From Gnetum montanum (taxonomy: Eukaryota > Plantae > Gnetophyta), in assembly GCA_015680685.1 (NCBI GenBank), contig MNCI01001713.1, positions 25,868 to 89,867 of the forward strand: a stretch of DNA of 64,000 nucleotides, written 5' to 3'. How positions within the stretch are numbered: position 1 is the first letter of the stretch; every line of letters begins with the position of its first letter. The notes under the pieces are model-generated. The model saw nothing but the letters and a program-made list of their open reading frames with translations, had not been told where the DNA came from and ran no database searches. Positions 52,005 to 63,700 of the stretch are shown here, piece after piece. A program made the position numbers and the translations under genes.

Positions 52005-53429
52005 TCACAAGTATTAACTTTCATAGGTATGGTATCATTGAGTTAGCTAACTTATGAGGTGAGTTGATGGTAGCATTAGTACATAACAGTGCAAGGTGAG
52101 GGATGTGGTAGTCATGGCCTAGGTAATTGTTATGTTAACAAGAGGTATAGGGATGGGCATATGGGTGGTTGCAAGAGCTAGTGTGTTACATGGGGATGTT
52201 CATGAAGGGCCTACCAGTGGTGTTAGAATGTTGGTCCAAGGCAATTGCATGATTCCTAGATTATGTTTTCCTTAGGTCATAGGTGTCAACATGAGATGTA
52301 GGGATGGCTATAAGGGTAGGATGGGGATAGAGCATAAAAACTTCCTTAGTATGTATTTAATGAACCGTTGCCAATGCATGCATATTTGATGACCATTATC
52401 TATCATGTTTATATGTTCTTGGGTCCCACCCCTCCTTGCTAGCTGGTTTGCCCATTGGCAAGTAGGGGTGGGACTTAGGAATACATATATAAATAATGTA
52501 AAAAACAAATTTGATCACAACTGAGGTGGGTAGATTGGCGGTATAGACTTTGGAAGTTTGTGTGCTCTTTCGTAGGATGGGTGGACATTGGGATAGTGGA
52601 AATAGGGGGGATAAGTGCAATAGCCAAGCAGGAGGGTGAGACATAAGGTAACAAGGAAGGAAGCAATCATGAGGCTAAAAGAGGGGCCATAGTTACTATT
52701 TGGGGCTTGTTTTAAGGCGGATGATCTAGTGGGGGGCAATGGGTGCATGGTAGAGGACTTTGTCTTTTGTGCATATGTTTAAGGCCATTGATGAGAGGTT
52801 TCTTCTAGACATTGCTTCGCTATGCAATTGCTCTTTGTGCAAAAGTGACATTTGTTAGGGAAATTCCTGAATTCAAGAGGTGATCTTGATAATGAACAAT
52901 CATATTTCTTTAGTTCATTTCATTAAATTTTATAGGGATAAACTGCCAAACAATATTGATNNNNNNNNNNNNNNNNNNNNNNNNNNNNNNNNNNNNNNNN
53001 NNNNNNNNNNNNNNNNNNNNNNNNNNNNNNNNNNNNNNNNNNNNNNNNNNNNNNNNNNNNNNNNNNNNNNNNNNNNNNNNNNNNNNNNNNNNNNNNNNNN
53101 NNNNNNNNNNNNNNNNNNNNNNNNNNNNNNNNNNNNNNNNNNNNNNNNNNNNNNNNNNNNNNNNNNNNNNNNNNNNNNNNNNNNNNNNNNNNNNNNNNNN
53201 NNNNNNNNNNNNNNNNNNNNNNNNNNNNNNNNNNNNNNNNNNNNNNNNNNNNNNNNNNNNNNNNNNNNNNNNNNNNNNNNNNNNNNNNNNAGTAAGCATG
53301 GAGCTGATACTAACAACAATTGAATTATACATGTAAGGAAGCATAATGAGGAGAACCATTGTTGCACAAAACATTTTCAAGGTTTCTATCTCTTAAAAAA
53401 GCAAAAAACACACTTACTTGAAATCACTA

Positions 53430-54463
53430 CTAAGAAGAAAATGTTGAACTTTCAGCTTTTTCCCTTTGGTGAAGGAGAGGAGGTTGCGATTCAACGATGT
53501 TAATAATTTCTTCCAAGTTTCTTGGTAATGTCCTTTGATCTTGGGGATTCAGAAGAAGAGCTGACTGTAAAAAAGACTCAACTTCCTTCATGCTAGGCCT
53601 TATTGAAGCATTGTGGCAAGTGCATCTTAGACCGAGCATCAAAATGCTCTCCACAGCTGACATTTCATCATCTTTATCCATGTCAATTCCTCCTCCACCT
53701 TCATCTGCTGTCTTTATCATATCTTTAATTGTTTCTCTTCTTTCCTGTGTTGATTTTCCTCTCAAGGCCATGGAAATCCACAATGGCAATGTGACGTCCC
53801 CTAAAAACATCTCATGTGTGGGCTTCAATCTTATGATGACTTCCAAGGTAACCACTCCAAAGCTGTATACATCACCTTTCACAGATATTCTTTCTCCGAT
53901 GCCATACTCTGAAAAACCATTACTTCAAATTTAGCTTACATGCCTCATCATTAAAGGGGAAGAAAATTTAGGAATAAAAGTAAAATTAAAATTTCCATAC
54001 CTGGAGCAATATAACCAACAGAGCCTTTCACTGTTAGAGAAGATGATGCTGATGCATAGTCAAAGTCTCCAATCAGGCTAGATATTCCAAAATCAGAGAG
54101 CTTGACAGTCCTATCGTCATCCAATAATACATTCTCTGGCTTGATGTCAAAGTGGATGACCTGAAATTCACAATCATGATGCAAATAGCTAAGTCCCTGA
54201 GCTAACTCTCTTAATATCTTCACTCTCATTGGCAACTCTAATGGGATCAATTGACCATCTTGTTTACTGTGAAGAAGAGAATGGAGATTGCCATTACTCA
54301 TGAACGGCATTACAAGAGCTTTTAATTCCTCTGACCACAACACAGTGATAATCTTCAGAATATTATGATGTTTCACTTTTCCTAAAGCATGACATTCCTT
54401 TTTGAAGCTTTTCTCAGTCCTAGTCTGGTTTGAAGAAGTGAAACATTTTACAGCAACCACCAT
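53430..54463 (-). CDS. Kinase part (subdomain II to C-terminus) of the LRR receptor kinase, non-RD
   Basis: Exons 54463 (or 54381)-54001 and 53908-53430, with the canonical intron in GSVGYIAP|EYG. Motifs VAVK, KECHALGKVKHHN, VIHFDIKPENVLLD, SDFG, KGDVYSFG, RPSM. No internal stops. Confidence 0.85.
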
Positions 54464-54464
54464 T

Positions 54465-57111
54465 TTACAGAAGTCATAATTACTAGGTGACCTTGGAAAA
54501 TTCTATCCTTTCCTCTCATAAGCCGAAGCCCTCAGGTATGATGATCCATGGCTATCCTGTGAACAATAGGGTGAAGTGTGTTCATTTCTATTTGAGAACC
54601 CTTAGCCACCCAGGAGACCTGCTATGATGCCACCAATCAAAGGCACATACACGAGGGTTGAACTGCATCATGGGCAAAGTTTCCAAAAGGACCATGCTCT
54701 TTGGCAGTGCAGTTAATCGGCCAGACTCGTGTTGGAATTCCTGCCTCCAGAATGAAGTACACCATGAGCAAAGTTTCCTTAAAAATAAAAATAAAAATAA
54801 AAATTTAAAAAAAAAACCAAGGAAAAATCTGAAAGTTGTGGCTTACTATGATCTAACATGAGTTTTAGCTCATCCTCCTCATTAAGTTTTGTATAAGTCA
54901 CTTGCTCAAAATAGTCTGCATACTTTTACTATTACCCTGTGAGAATATTGAAATTGAGAGCTTAAGTATATATCTATATATATATATATACACATATATA
55001 TAATTACACATATATATCTATAGATCTTAGTCAAAATATCAATAAATTAGATTTTAATGGTTGTTTGGATGGCCTATGTCGGTGTCTCTTTGATTATTTG
55101 GTTATTTTGATCATGTTTAGAATATTATAGTTTATTTTCAAGTTTGCATTTCTTGTTTTATGTTGTTTTTGTTTTCCCCACCATTTGCATTTTCATTTAA
55201 AATTTTCTAGTCCTTGCAATTGCATGCAATCTATAGTTTGGGGGCTAAGTGTTGAGGCCAACCTCACCCATGCTAGGCATAGGGCCTTGATCAACAGGTA
55301 CATGTCCTTATTTAAGTGTATAGTAGATTCAGAGGGTCCATCGATGCGATAAAATTTTCATTTAAAACCAAAGAATAATAATTTTAAAACAAAAAATAGG
55401 AATCCGGGTTAAATTAATACATAAATCATCTTAAAACACATCATCCACCACTTTAAATAAAAATTAAAAAATGAGGACCGACCAATGTGCCTTTAAAAAT
55501 AAAATAACATATAAACTTAAAGCTGATTCTCTTGGGTTTTTATTTTTTTTGGTGGTTTACGTGGATAAGGGTGGCAGCAATTAGGGTTAGGTTTCTCTTC
55601 TTCCACCGCCGCCGCTGGTTTCCACGCCGCTATAAATGAGGAGGAAGAGGCAGATTTCGGGGGAGGGGGGCTTCTCTGAGAGGCAGATCGGGCTCTGCTG
55701 ATAACAGTTTCGGTCCTGGGTTGCAGGTTCCAGGGTTTCGTTCAGCCGCCATCCGTGCCGCCATCTGTTTGTCTGCCGCTGGTTTCTTCACCGTCGCCGC
55801 TGCGCGCCCTTCTCTTCCCTTGCACGCGCGCTTTGTTACCTGCCTTCGCCGCAGCCCACGCCGGCACAATCTGCTCCACGCGTGGTCGGGCCCTTTTCCT
55901 CCGCCTGTATCTGCAACTGCGACATCTCTCTGTCTTCCTCCGCAGACACTGTTTCCTGACCGCCGCCCGCGTCGCCATCTGTTCGTCCGCCGCTGATTTC
56001 ACACTGCCGCCGCTGCGCATCCTTCTCCACCCTGGTCGCAAGCGAAACAGCGACCTCTCTCTGTTCTTGCACCTGCTGCAGCACGTCTGTGTCCACCTCC
56101 TTCCTCTGCCTTCGCCGCAGCTCGTGGTATCCTTTTTTTTCGCTGCTGCCCGCGGTGGCCGCTCGCGATCTGCGCCACGAGTGGTGAGATCTGCGCGCCC
56201 TCTGTTTTCTGCGGCCGCGTCGATAGCCGCAACAGCAGCGACAGATCCGCCGATCTTCTGCCTCGGTTCTGACCTCGGCTGCCTCTCAGTTCGCTGCCGC
56301 CCATCTGCCTTCCTACCTCCTTCTTCGCCTGTGCGCTCCGTCCTTCGCCGTCGCCGCAACCTGCCCTCTCCGCGTCCCGCAGAACCCTCGCTAGCGCTTC
56401 TGCATGCGCAAACAGGTTCACGCGTGCCTTTTGCAGCCGCGGCCATAGCCGCAACAGCGGCTAGTGGTAAGTCAGAGGACGGTGAAGCCCAGGACGGTCT
56501 ACGACGAGCTTCTCGGTAACTACGGCAGCTTCTTTTCTTCTTCTCTTTCACCTAAACGGTGGCAAGGAAGCACGGCAGTCTTTCACGTAAGCGACGGTAA
56601 GCGACCAACGCTTGACAGTGGCGGCTGAGCACGTGTCAGAAGCACGTAAGAAAGCATTCATGAAAGGTGGCCAACGGTGGCTTCCTTCTTCACATGCAAA
56701 CGGCACATTGGAGACGGTGAGCAAGTGGTGGTGAACCTCTACGTTTCGGCAGCAAGCAGTCCTCGTATCTCCCAAGCAGTGGTGAGCAAGTGGTGGTGAA
56801 CCTCTACGTTTCGGCAGCAAGCAGTCCTCGTATCTCCCAAGCAGTTGTTACATGTGCCACAGAGGCAGCAACAACGGGACATGAAATTTGAATTTAACTA
56901 ATTATTTTAAGTTCCAAATATTAAATTAAATTGAAGTATTTAAATATTACATCAAATTTTAAATACTGTTATTATTGTTCTGTCACATAGCCCTTCCCAG
57001 CTGAGACTATTCCCGGGTTTCCGTACCCATACGGGAGGCGCCCTAGGCAATTGTCTCCTCAAACGAGTTTTCACAGGTGTTGGCGGCGTGTCCAAAATTT
57101 ACGCATCAACA
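54465..57111 (+). mobile_element. 3' remnant of a Tat-type Gypsy element: 3' internal region, PPT and 1.86-kb GC-rich 3' LTR
   Basis: PPT TTTGGGGGCTAAG then TGTTGAGG at 55250. LTR ends CGCATCAACA at 57111. TATA CTATAAAT at 55630 preceded by TAGGGTTAGGGTTT. GC/CpG-rich 55600-56850. ~65-bp tandem duplication at 56716-56845. Abuts kinase coding sequence on both sides. Confidence 0.8.
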
Positions 57112-59681
57112 CCTAAAGCATGACATTCCTTTTTGAAGCTTTTCTCAGTCCCAGTCTGGTTTGAAGAAGTGAAACATTTTACAGCAACCACCATTCGAGA
57201 GGTTAAAACACCTCTGTAGACCTTTCCATGGCTCCCTTCACCTACCAAGTTTGAAGTGCTGAAATTGTCTGTGGCCTTTTGAAGTTCTTCCTCAGATATC
57301 TTTAAGAATTTTTCACCTATCCTTGGTATTTCCCTTTTAGATGTTATGGCTCGTCTGACGATGAATAAAATCCCTGCAACAACTAGCAACAAAAGTAATC
57401 CTATAATGACCAGCACAATTTTCAGAATGGTGCTTTTGTTAAAGGGAGAGCTGTGTTGCGTAGGAGATACTGGGCAAGCTTTGAGGCCGAAGCATCTTCC
57501 ACATAAATTTGGGTTACCAAGAAATGACAATCTTGTTAATCTGAGCTTTGTAAAGGAACTGTGCAGACACGGAACTTCTCCATCAAAGTTGTTGTAGGAG
57601 AAGTTCAAAAACTTGAGAGTGGAATGATTCAGCAGAGAGGCAGGCACAGGTCCAGTAAAGTTGTTACCAAACAAATCTATGATTTGTAATTGAGTGAGCT
57701 TATTTCCAACTGATTGGGAAAGGTTGCCTCTGAAATTATTAAAGCCCAGATTGATCTCTCGGGCATCCAACCAGCTATCCATGTAAGATGCAANCCCTCT
57801 GAAATTATTAAAGCCAAGATTGATCTCTCGGGCATCCAACCAGCTATCCATGTAAGATGCAATGTTTCCAGTGAGATGATTGCTTGAAAGATCTATAAAC
57901 TGTGCCATCTGCAGTCCTGCTATCTCCGGAGGCACTTCCCCGATCAAATTATTTGCTGATAAATCAAAATAAAATACAATGTATCTGAGACCTGCAACCT
58001 CTGGTGGTATTGGCCCGGAGAGGTTGTTTGAAGACAGGACAAGGTCTTCAAGAACAGGGAAGTTTCCTATCTCTGGAGGGATTTTACCTGATAGCAGGTT
58101 TCCATGAAGTCTCAGGTTCCGCAGATTGATCAGCTTTTCAATATAAGCAGGGATGGAACCTGACAATTTATTGTGAGAGAGATAGAGATAGGCAAGCGAC
58201 TTGTTTAACAGGGATATCTCAGTCGGAATGTTGCCTTGTAATTTGTTACCGCCCAGATTGATGGCTTGCACTGACTTGAGATTTCCAATTTGAGTTGGAA
58301 TGTTGCCGCTCAATACATTATTGTAAAGAAAAAGCTCTATAAGAGATGATATATTTCCTATACTCTGAGGAATGTTGCCGGATATGAAGTTGATACTCAG
58401 GTCCAAACTCTGAAGGCTTGGCAAAGAGCCTCCAAAGTTGGGTGGTAACGTTCCCGTTAAATGGTTGTCATAGATCTCTAAAGCATTTAACAGAGAGCAA
58501 TTGGATAGAGCTTCGAGAATTGGAATAGGCTGCAGACTGGGCACGCTCACTCTCCTGCTGCTGGTGAAGTGATTAGAGCCCATATTCAAACGCCTGAGTT
58601 GAGTGTAGCGTGTTCCCAGCCAAGACGGTGGCCTTCCGGACAATCTGTTATGGGACAACTGCAGGTCTTGGAGTTGGGTGAGATTCTGCCACGATTCTGG
58701 AATGTTACCTGTGAGTTTGTTGAACGATAAACCCAAATACTGTAAATTGTTAAAGTTGTCAATCCAGCCAGGAAGACGACCTTGCAAATTGTTTTCCGTT
58801 AAACCTAGACGTGTAAGAGCTGTGAGGTTGCTTAAACAGGGTGGAATGGTTCCTGCGAGATTGTTTTCGGAAAGATACAAATGAGTGAGACGATAGAGAC
58901 TCGCAAATGAGCAAGGAATTAAACCTGTTAAATGATTTGACGAAAGAGACAGGTGAGTGATGAAGGAAGAAGATAAGTTGCCCAGCTGAGCAGGAATAAC
59001 ACCATGAAAGTTGTTCTGACTAAGGTCAAGCACTTCCAGTCTATGGAATGCTCCCAACCAGGAAGGGACATGTCCACCCAAATGATTCTGGCGAACATCG
59101 AACCACTGGAGACCCTGGAGTCTTGCAAGAGACGCAGGAATCTCACCACTGAAGGAATTAGCACAGACATAAAGGAGTTGCAGAGAAGAAAGGTTTCCCA
59201 ACTGAAAAGGAATCCCACCTTCAAATTCATTCAAGCATAAATCCAATGTATTGAGCCTAGGCAGTGTGCCAAGGGATGGTGGGATTTTACCAGAGAAAGT
59301 GTTGTTGCCAATGTCAAGTACGTGCAGGAACGATAAGTTGGAGAGGTGGGGAGACAGAGAGCCGCGTAATGTTCCATTTTCCAGATTAATCTCCACGATT
59401 CTGCCTGGATGTTTGGTGGAGCAAGAGATGCCAGTCCAATTGCATGCATTTGGAGCAGCAGCTGCAACATCCCAATCTTTGAGAAGAGAGAGTGGATCGC
59501 TGGCGATACATTTCTTGAATTCAATTAAAGCTCTTACATCATTTGCAGCTCCCTTTGCATCATCTTTTGTGCCAGCATCGACCCCAACGTAGAAGAACGA
59601 AAATAGGAGGCACAGCCAAAGAAGAAGGAATAAATGGCAGAGATAGAGAAAAGAGAAGAGTCTTGCCGAGGAGAAGGCCAT
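57099..59681 (-). CDS. LRR-XII-like receptor kinase: signal peptide, LRRNT, >20 LRRs, TM and kinase N-lobe; unspliced ORF stops inside the LTR
   Basis: Signal-peptide-like MAFSSARL... (an in-frame upstream ATG exists at 59750). CNWTGISC cap, LxxLxLxxNxLxGxIP repeats, FLGNPNLCG, TM IVLVIIGLLLLLVVAGILFIV, ATDNFSTSNLVGEGSHGKVYRG, VAVK...KECHALG, then LTR-derived VDA*. Confidence 0.92.
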   Translation of the reverse strand: MAFSSARLFSFLYLCHLFLLLWLCLLFSFFYVGVDAGTKDDAKGAANDVRALIEFKKCIASDPLSLLKDWDVAAAAPNACNWTGISCSTKHPGRIVEINLENGTLRGSLSPHLSNLSFLHVLDIGNNTFSGKIPPSLGTLPRLNTLDLCLNEFEGGIPFQLGNLSSLQLLYVCANSFSGEIPASLARLQGLQWFDVRQNHLGGHVPSWLGAFHRLEVLDLSQNNFHGVIPAQLGNLSSSFITHLSLSSNHLTGLIPCSFASLYRLTHLYLSENNLAGTIPPCLSNLTALTRLGLTENNLQGRLPGWIDNFNNLQYLGLSFNKLTGNIPESWQNLTQLQDLQLSHNRLSGRPPSWLGTRYTQLRRLNMGSNHFTSSRRVSVPSLQPIPILEALSNCSLLNALEIYDNHLTGTLPPNFGGSLPSLQSLDLSINFISGNIPQSIGNISSLIELFLYNNVLSGNIPTQIGNLKSVQAINLGGNKLQGNIPTEISLLNKSLAYLYLSHNKLSGSIPAYIEKLINLRNLRLHGNLLSGKIPPEIGNFPVLEDLVLSSNNLSGPIPPEVAGLRYIVFYFDLSANNLIGEVPPEIAGLQMAQFIDLSSNHLTGNIASYMDSWLDAREINLGFNNFRGXASYMDSWLDAREINLGFNNFRGNLSQSVGNKLTQLQIIDLFGNNFTGPVPASLLNHSTLKFLNFSYNNFDGEVPCLHSSFTKLRLTRLSFLGNPNLCGRCFGLKACPVSPTQHSSPFNKSTILKIVLVIIGLLLLLVVAGILFIVRRAITSKREIPRIGEKFLKISEEELQKATDNFSTSNLVGEGSHGKVYRGVLTSRMVVAVKCFTSSNQTGTEKSFKKECHALGVDA

Positions 59682-59954
59682 TGCAGCTTGCACGAAACAC
59701 AATTGAATAACTTGCTTGCAAAACACCAGGCATATGCAATCCAGCGGCATTTATAGATCCAATCCAGGGTCCTTTATTGGCTTGTTTTTAAAGTCTGTAG
59801 ACTTGGATTCAAGCTTTGTTACAATTATTCAAAAGTAGTTTGCTTTCATTTCTCTATTAACCCTTCTCTGCTCCCCAACCTCATGTTGACCAAATGAACA
59901 GTGAACTTCTGAGTGATAATCCTACCTGTTGAGCTGAACTAGATTGACCCGCAG

Positions 59955-60154
59955 CATTAACATGGTCTTCTTACAGACAAATTGAAGTTTTCCATCCACA
60001 ACACCATTAACATGGTCTTCTTACAGACAAATTGAAGTTTTCCATCCACAACACCATTAACATGGTCTTCTTACAGACAAATTGAAGTTTTCCATCCACA
60101 ACACCATTAACATGGTCTTCTTACAGACAAATTGAAGTTTTCCATCCACAACAC
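59955..60154. repeat. Perfect 50-bp tandem repeat, 4 copies
   Basis: CATTAACATGGTCTTCTTACAGACAAATTGAAGTTTTCCATCCACAACAC, four identical adjacent copies. Confidence 0.95.
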
Positions 60155-60563
60155 TAAGAAAACCAATCACTAAGGATCATCCTAGAGACTCCATGTTTAT
60201 TCCTTCAAAAGCTAAATTACCTTTATCCAGGAAAACAACGAAAAATGATCGTTTTCCCCAATTCATTAATGATGGAAAGTGATATCAGCGAGCGTGTGAG
60301 AGTTGTATTTAATTTTAATCTTGGTTTACGGTGCACAAATTAAATTTTCGCACGTTCTCTTTCCTTGGTTAGTTGTCCTGCTATTTATTTTTTCATGAAC
60401 GTAATTAATATCTCAAAAAATTGCAAACATGGTAACTTACCATCATCTTTTGTACCTTGTTCGTGACCACCAATTTATCATCTTCTGCAATATTTTAAAT
60501 GCCATGGGAGAAGGCAGGTAGTCAACAACACCATATATTTTAACTTTGAATTACGTTAAGGAG

Positions 60564-60777
60564 TTTTAATGTTCCATGGAACGCTGGTTGCGCCTTAAAT
60601 TGTGGGAAGTCGGTGTGATTTTAATGTTCCATGGAATGCTGGTTGCGCCTTAAATTGTGTTCTTGGTGTGATTTTAATGTCCCATGGAATGCTGGTTGCG
60701 TCTTAAATTGTGGGTTCTTGGTGTGATTTTAATGTCCCATGGAACGCTGGTTGCGCCTTAAAATGTGGGAAGTAGGT
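60564..60777. repeat. ~55-bp imperfect tandem repeat, 4 copies
   Basis: TTTTAATGT(T/C)CCATGGAA(C/T)GCTGGTTGCG(C/T)CTTAAATTGTG... starting at 60564, 60619, 60672 and 60727. Confidence 0.9.
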
Positions 60778-63700
60778 ATACCGAAAGAAACCAGTCAACA
60801 TCTATTTTAATTGGCAAGGGAAGACGACGGGTGATTTAAGATAGGCATAGACTTGCAAAGTATAAACAAGTTCACATTCGCGTCCTTTTTAATGAGTTCT
60901 GGAAGATGGTGCACTGTTTCTAAGTTGTGAATAGACTTGTAAACAAGTCAATACCCTTTTTAATGGGTTATGGAAGATGTTGCCGAGAAAATTCACAAAT
61001 GGCCCAGATCCCCAAAAGAAGGTTCCCAAACATATGAAATCGTCTAACACCTAAATGTCAAGGAGCAGAGGCAGCTGCTTGCTGCAGAGCGTTTGACGAG
61101 AACTTTCTGAATTTTGTGACAAACTATTCACAAAATACGCGGTTCCTTCCCATGGCTGGCACGACCCACACGACCTTAGTTGTCAAATACATTCTCTTGG
61201 GACGCGGGAACTTGCAGACGTACGCCTTGCCCGATTATGTCGATTCCTAACAACTTCAATTAGTGATGTAGAAGGTACAAAATTGACATGCATCATATTC
61301 ATGCATTTACTATTCATGTAACTCTGTTTTAAACAGTGGATAGACTTGCAAAGTGTAAACAAGGCAACACCTTTTTAAATACGGAATAGAAGATCGCTTT
61401 TAGGTTGTAAATAAGTTTGCAAGTGTAAACAAGTCAACATCTCTTAGTTGGTACATTCATATGATCCTTACATAAAGGTGAGGTGTTGGATTCAAAGCCT
61501 AGTATCTTCATCACTAAGCATTATTCTAAGCATATAATGCATTGATTATGTACTAACTTTTGAGGTGGACCATTCTTTTCATTAACATTTTCATCCCAAA
61601 AATCCTTTGTGGGTACCCTTTTTTTTTATATCCACCAGCAAAGCTGTTCGGAATGTAGCTTGAACTGGAGAAAATTGAGATGTAATAGTAAAGAAATCCA
61701 ATGTAAGAAAACAACAAAATATTTACATATGGAACCAAAAAATAACTAGAATTCTATGGAATTTTTGGAGTTTATTCATAAGTGATAAAATAATCATGGG
61801 TCAAGATTGAATTAATTTTGTTGATCAAATCCAAAATGTTTATGAATCTTGAGAAGTACATATTTGTGAAAAACATATTGAACTTATTATATGACAAGTG
61901 ATGTTCAACTGCTCATTTCAAAATTGGTTGTAACAATAAAAACCTGAAAAGGCATCACAAAATGGTTAGGCCTTTCCTTTTTGTTGATTTGGAGTTTCTC
62001 CTCTCTACAGTACTCCTCTACTTTTTGAATTTTTATTTTTAATATATATATTTTTTGAAGTCTCATACCCTAAAAATGTTCATTTCAAGTAATTAATCCT
62101 TCAATTGTATAATTATACATAGAAAAGATAAAATATTTCACAAAATCTATATAGAGGTTTCATTTTAATCTTCATTTGCTCTCTTTATTATTTATCCTCA
62201 TTACCATTTCTAACCTCTTTTCTTTTATAAAGAAAATAATAGCAAACACATTTAGGGTTAACATCTTTCTTGTTTCCTAGGAGGAACAAACCACCAATTT
62301 GTCATCAACTACTTGTTAATATGTTTGTACTTTGGTTCATTTTCATCTACCTATTAATATGTTTGTATTCAATTTCTAATCCATGCAAGTTTTAATACCG
62401 TCAAGAAGACTTGCCAAGTATATTACCACCACCTTAACCTTGAAAAATTTGTGGCCATGAAGCACAAAAACTTTTAGTAAGTTTTTTCTTCATTTAATAA
62501 ATGTACGTATAACTTTTACAAGTCTCAATGTATATGTATGTTACATACATGGCAATGCATCATAAATCCTACTATTTATACTAGCTTAGTTATATATTTA
62601 TAATATATATCTATAAATTGGCCGAGAGAATCTTATTTGTTTACAAGTAAAAAGTTCTTTGAGTAAAAAATTTCATGACTTTTGGACGAAGAACAAGATT
62701 TAAAAACCCAAATTTTCATGCCTTCTGGACGAAGAACAAGAGTTCTGTACCTTATTTTTCCTAAAGATGGGTTTTCTGAAATTTCTTTTCCATCAATTAG
62801 TGTATGCTCTCACCCTCGGCCGAATGTGTCGAACAGAAATCCATTTTCATTCAATTTCTTTGTCATTTCTTCCCAGATCGTGTTTGACATCTTTAAAAGG
62901 ATAATGTAGTAACAATTGCACCCAACAATAATCTATCCATTTCTCCTCTCCTACTCTTGGAGCTACTCTAAATTTATTGAAATCTACGATATTGATAACT
63001 GTATATTATATTACAGAATTTTCTGAAAAGGATTTTCTTACACGATTCAGAACAGACATCGAGAACAACGCAAGAATAATATGAGGCATGTTAAGGCAGT
63101 CATTTCAATGTATATATACAAAATTTCATTACAAATTCTCTGTCTTGGCTGAAAGCTGAGTCATTCCATGTTTTAAACAGTACGTCAGTATATGCAAAGA
63201 AGATTAACATGAGTTCGTAAATAGAGAAGTATGCATATGCAGTGGCACAGTCACTGCATTGTTGAAGCCATGACCAATAGTAACTTGAGCGCTGATATTA
63301 ACAAGAGCCTTATTATTATTATATATACAAAATTTCAGAAAAAATTCTGACATGTGTACCCATTGTCGATTTACTGCGCTTCAGTAGGCGCTTCCGAATC
63401 CAACACAAACTGTTCATCTAATGAGGCGTATCTATGATTTTTGACGGGACATAACCTTTGGAATGAGGACACAACCTTTCTAAATGTATTTCTTTTTTGC
63501 AACGGATGTAACCTTTCATAACATGTCAGCGTTAGTCAACGTTATGGACAAAGTTGGCGTTACCGAAATATGACTGGTAATGGCCTCTTGGGGAAATAAA
63601 TTCTTAAGATTAAAAATTAATTTTTCAAATTTCTTTTTCTCTTTCTATTCAAACCATAGAAACTAAAAGTTTCATTCCAACTAATTCATCTATCATGCAT

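Larger units (their letters stand above)
59886..61437 (-). promoter_or_regulatory. W-box-rich upstream region of the LRR-RLK
   Basis: TTGAC(C/T) on either strand at 59886, 59944, 60520, 60793, 60946 and 61432. Confidence 0.5.

Noticed and set aside
17291-53290. Long ORFs spanning X runs in the ORF track (17.1-17.6, 43.7-44.9, 47.7-48.2 and 52.9-53.4 kb)
   Set aside because: Artefacts of translating through assembly gaps.
55630-56820. Several long overlapping ORFs (up to 269 aa) on both strands
   Set aside because: They lie inside a GC-rich LTR where stops are rare; Arg/Ala-rich low complexity with no recognisable domain.
57728-57862. Duplicated LRR unit ASYMDSWLDAREINLGFNNFRG
   Set aside because: The two near-identical 66-bp copies meet at the N at 57794; most likely an unmerged contig or haplotype overlap.
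59955-60777. Regular ~50-bp repeats resembling a CRISPR array
   Set aside because: Head-to-tail copies without unique spacers, no cas genes, plant nuclear context.
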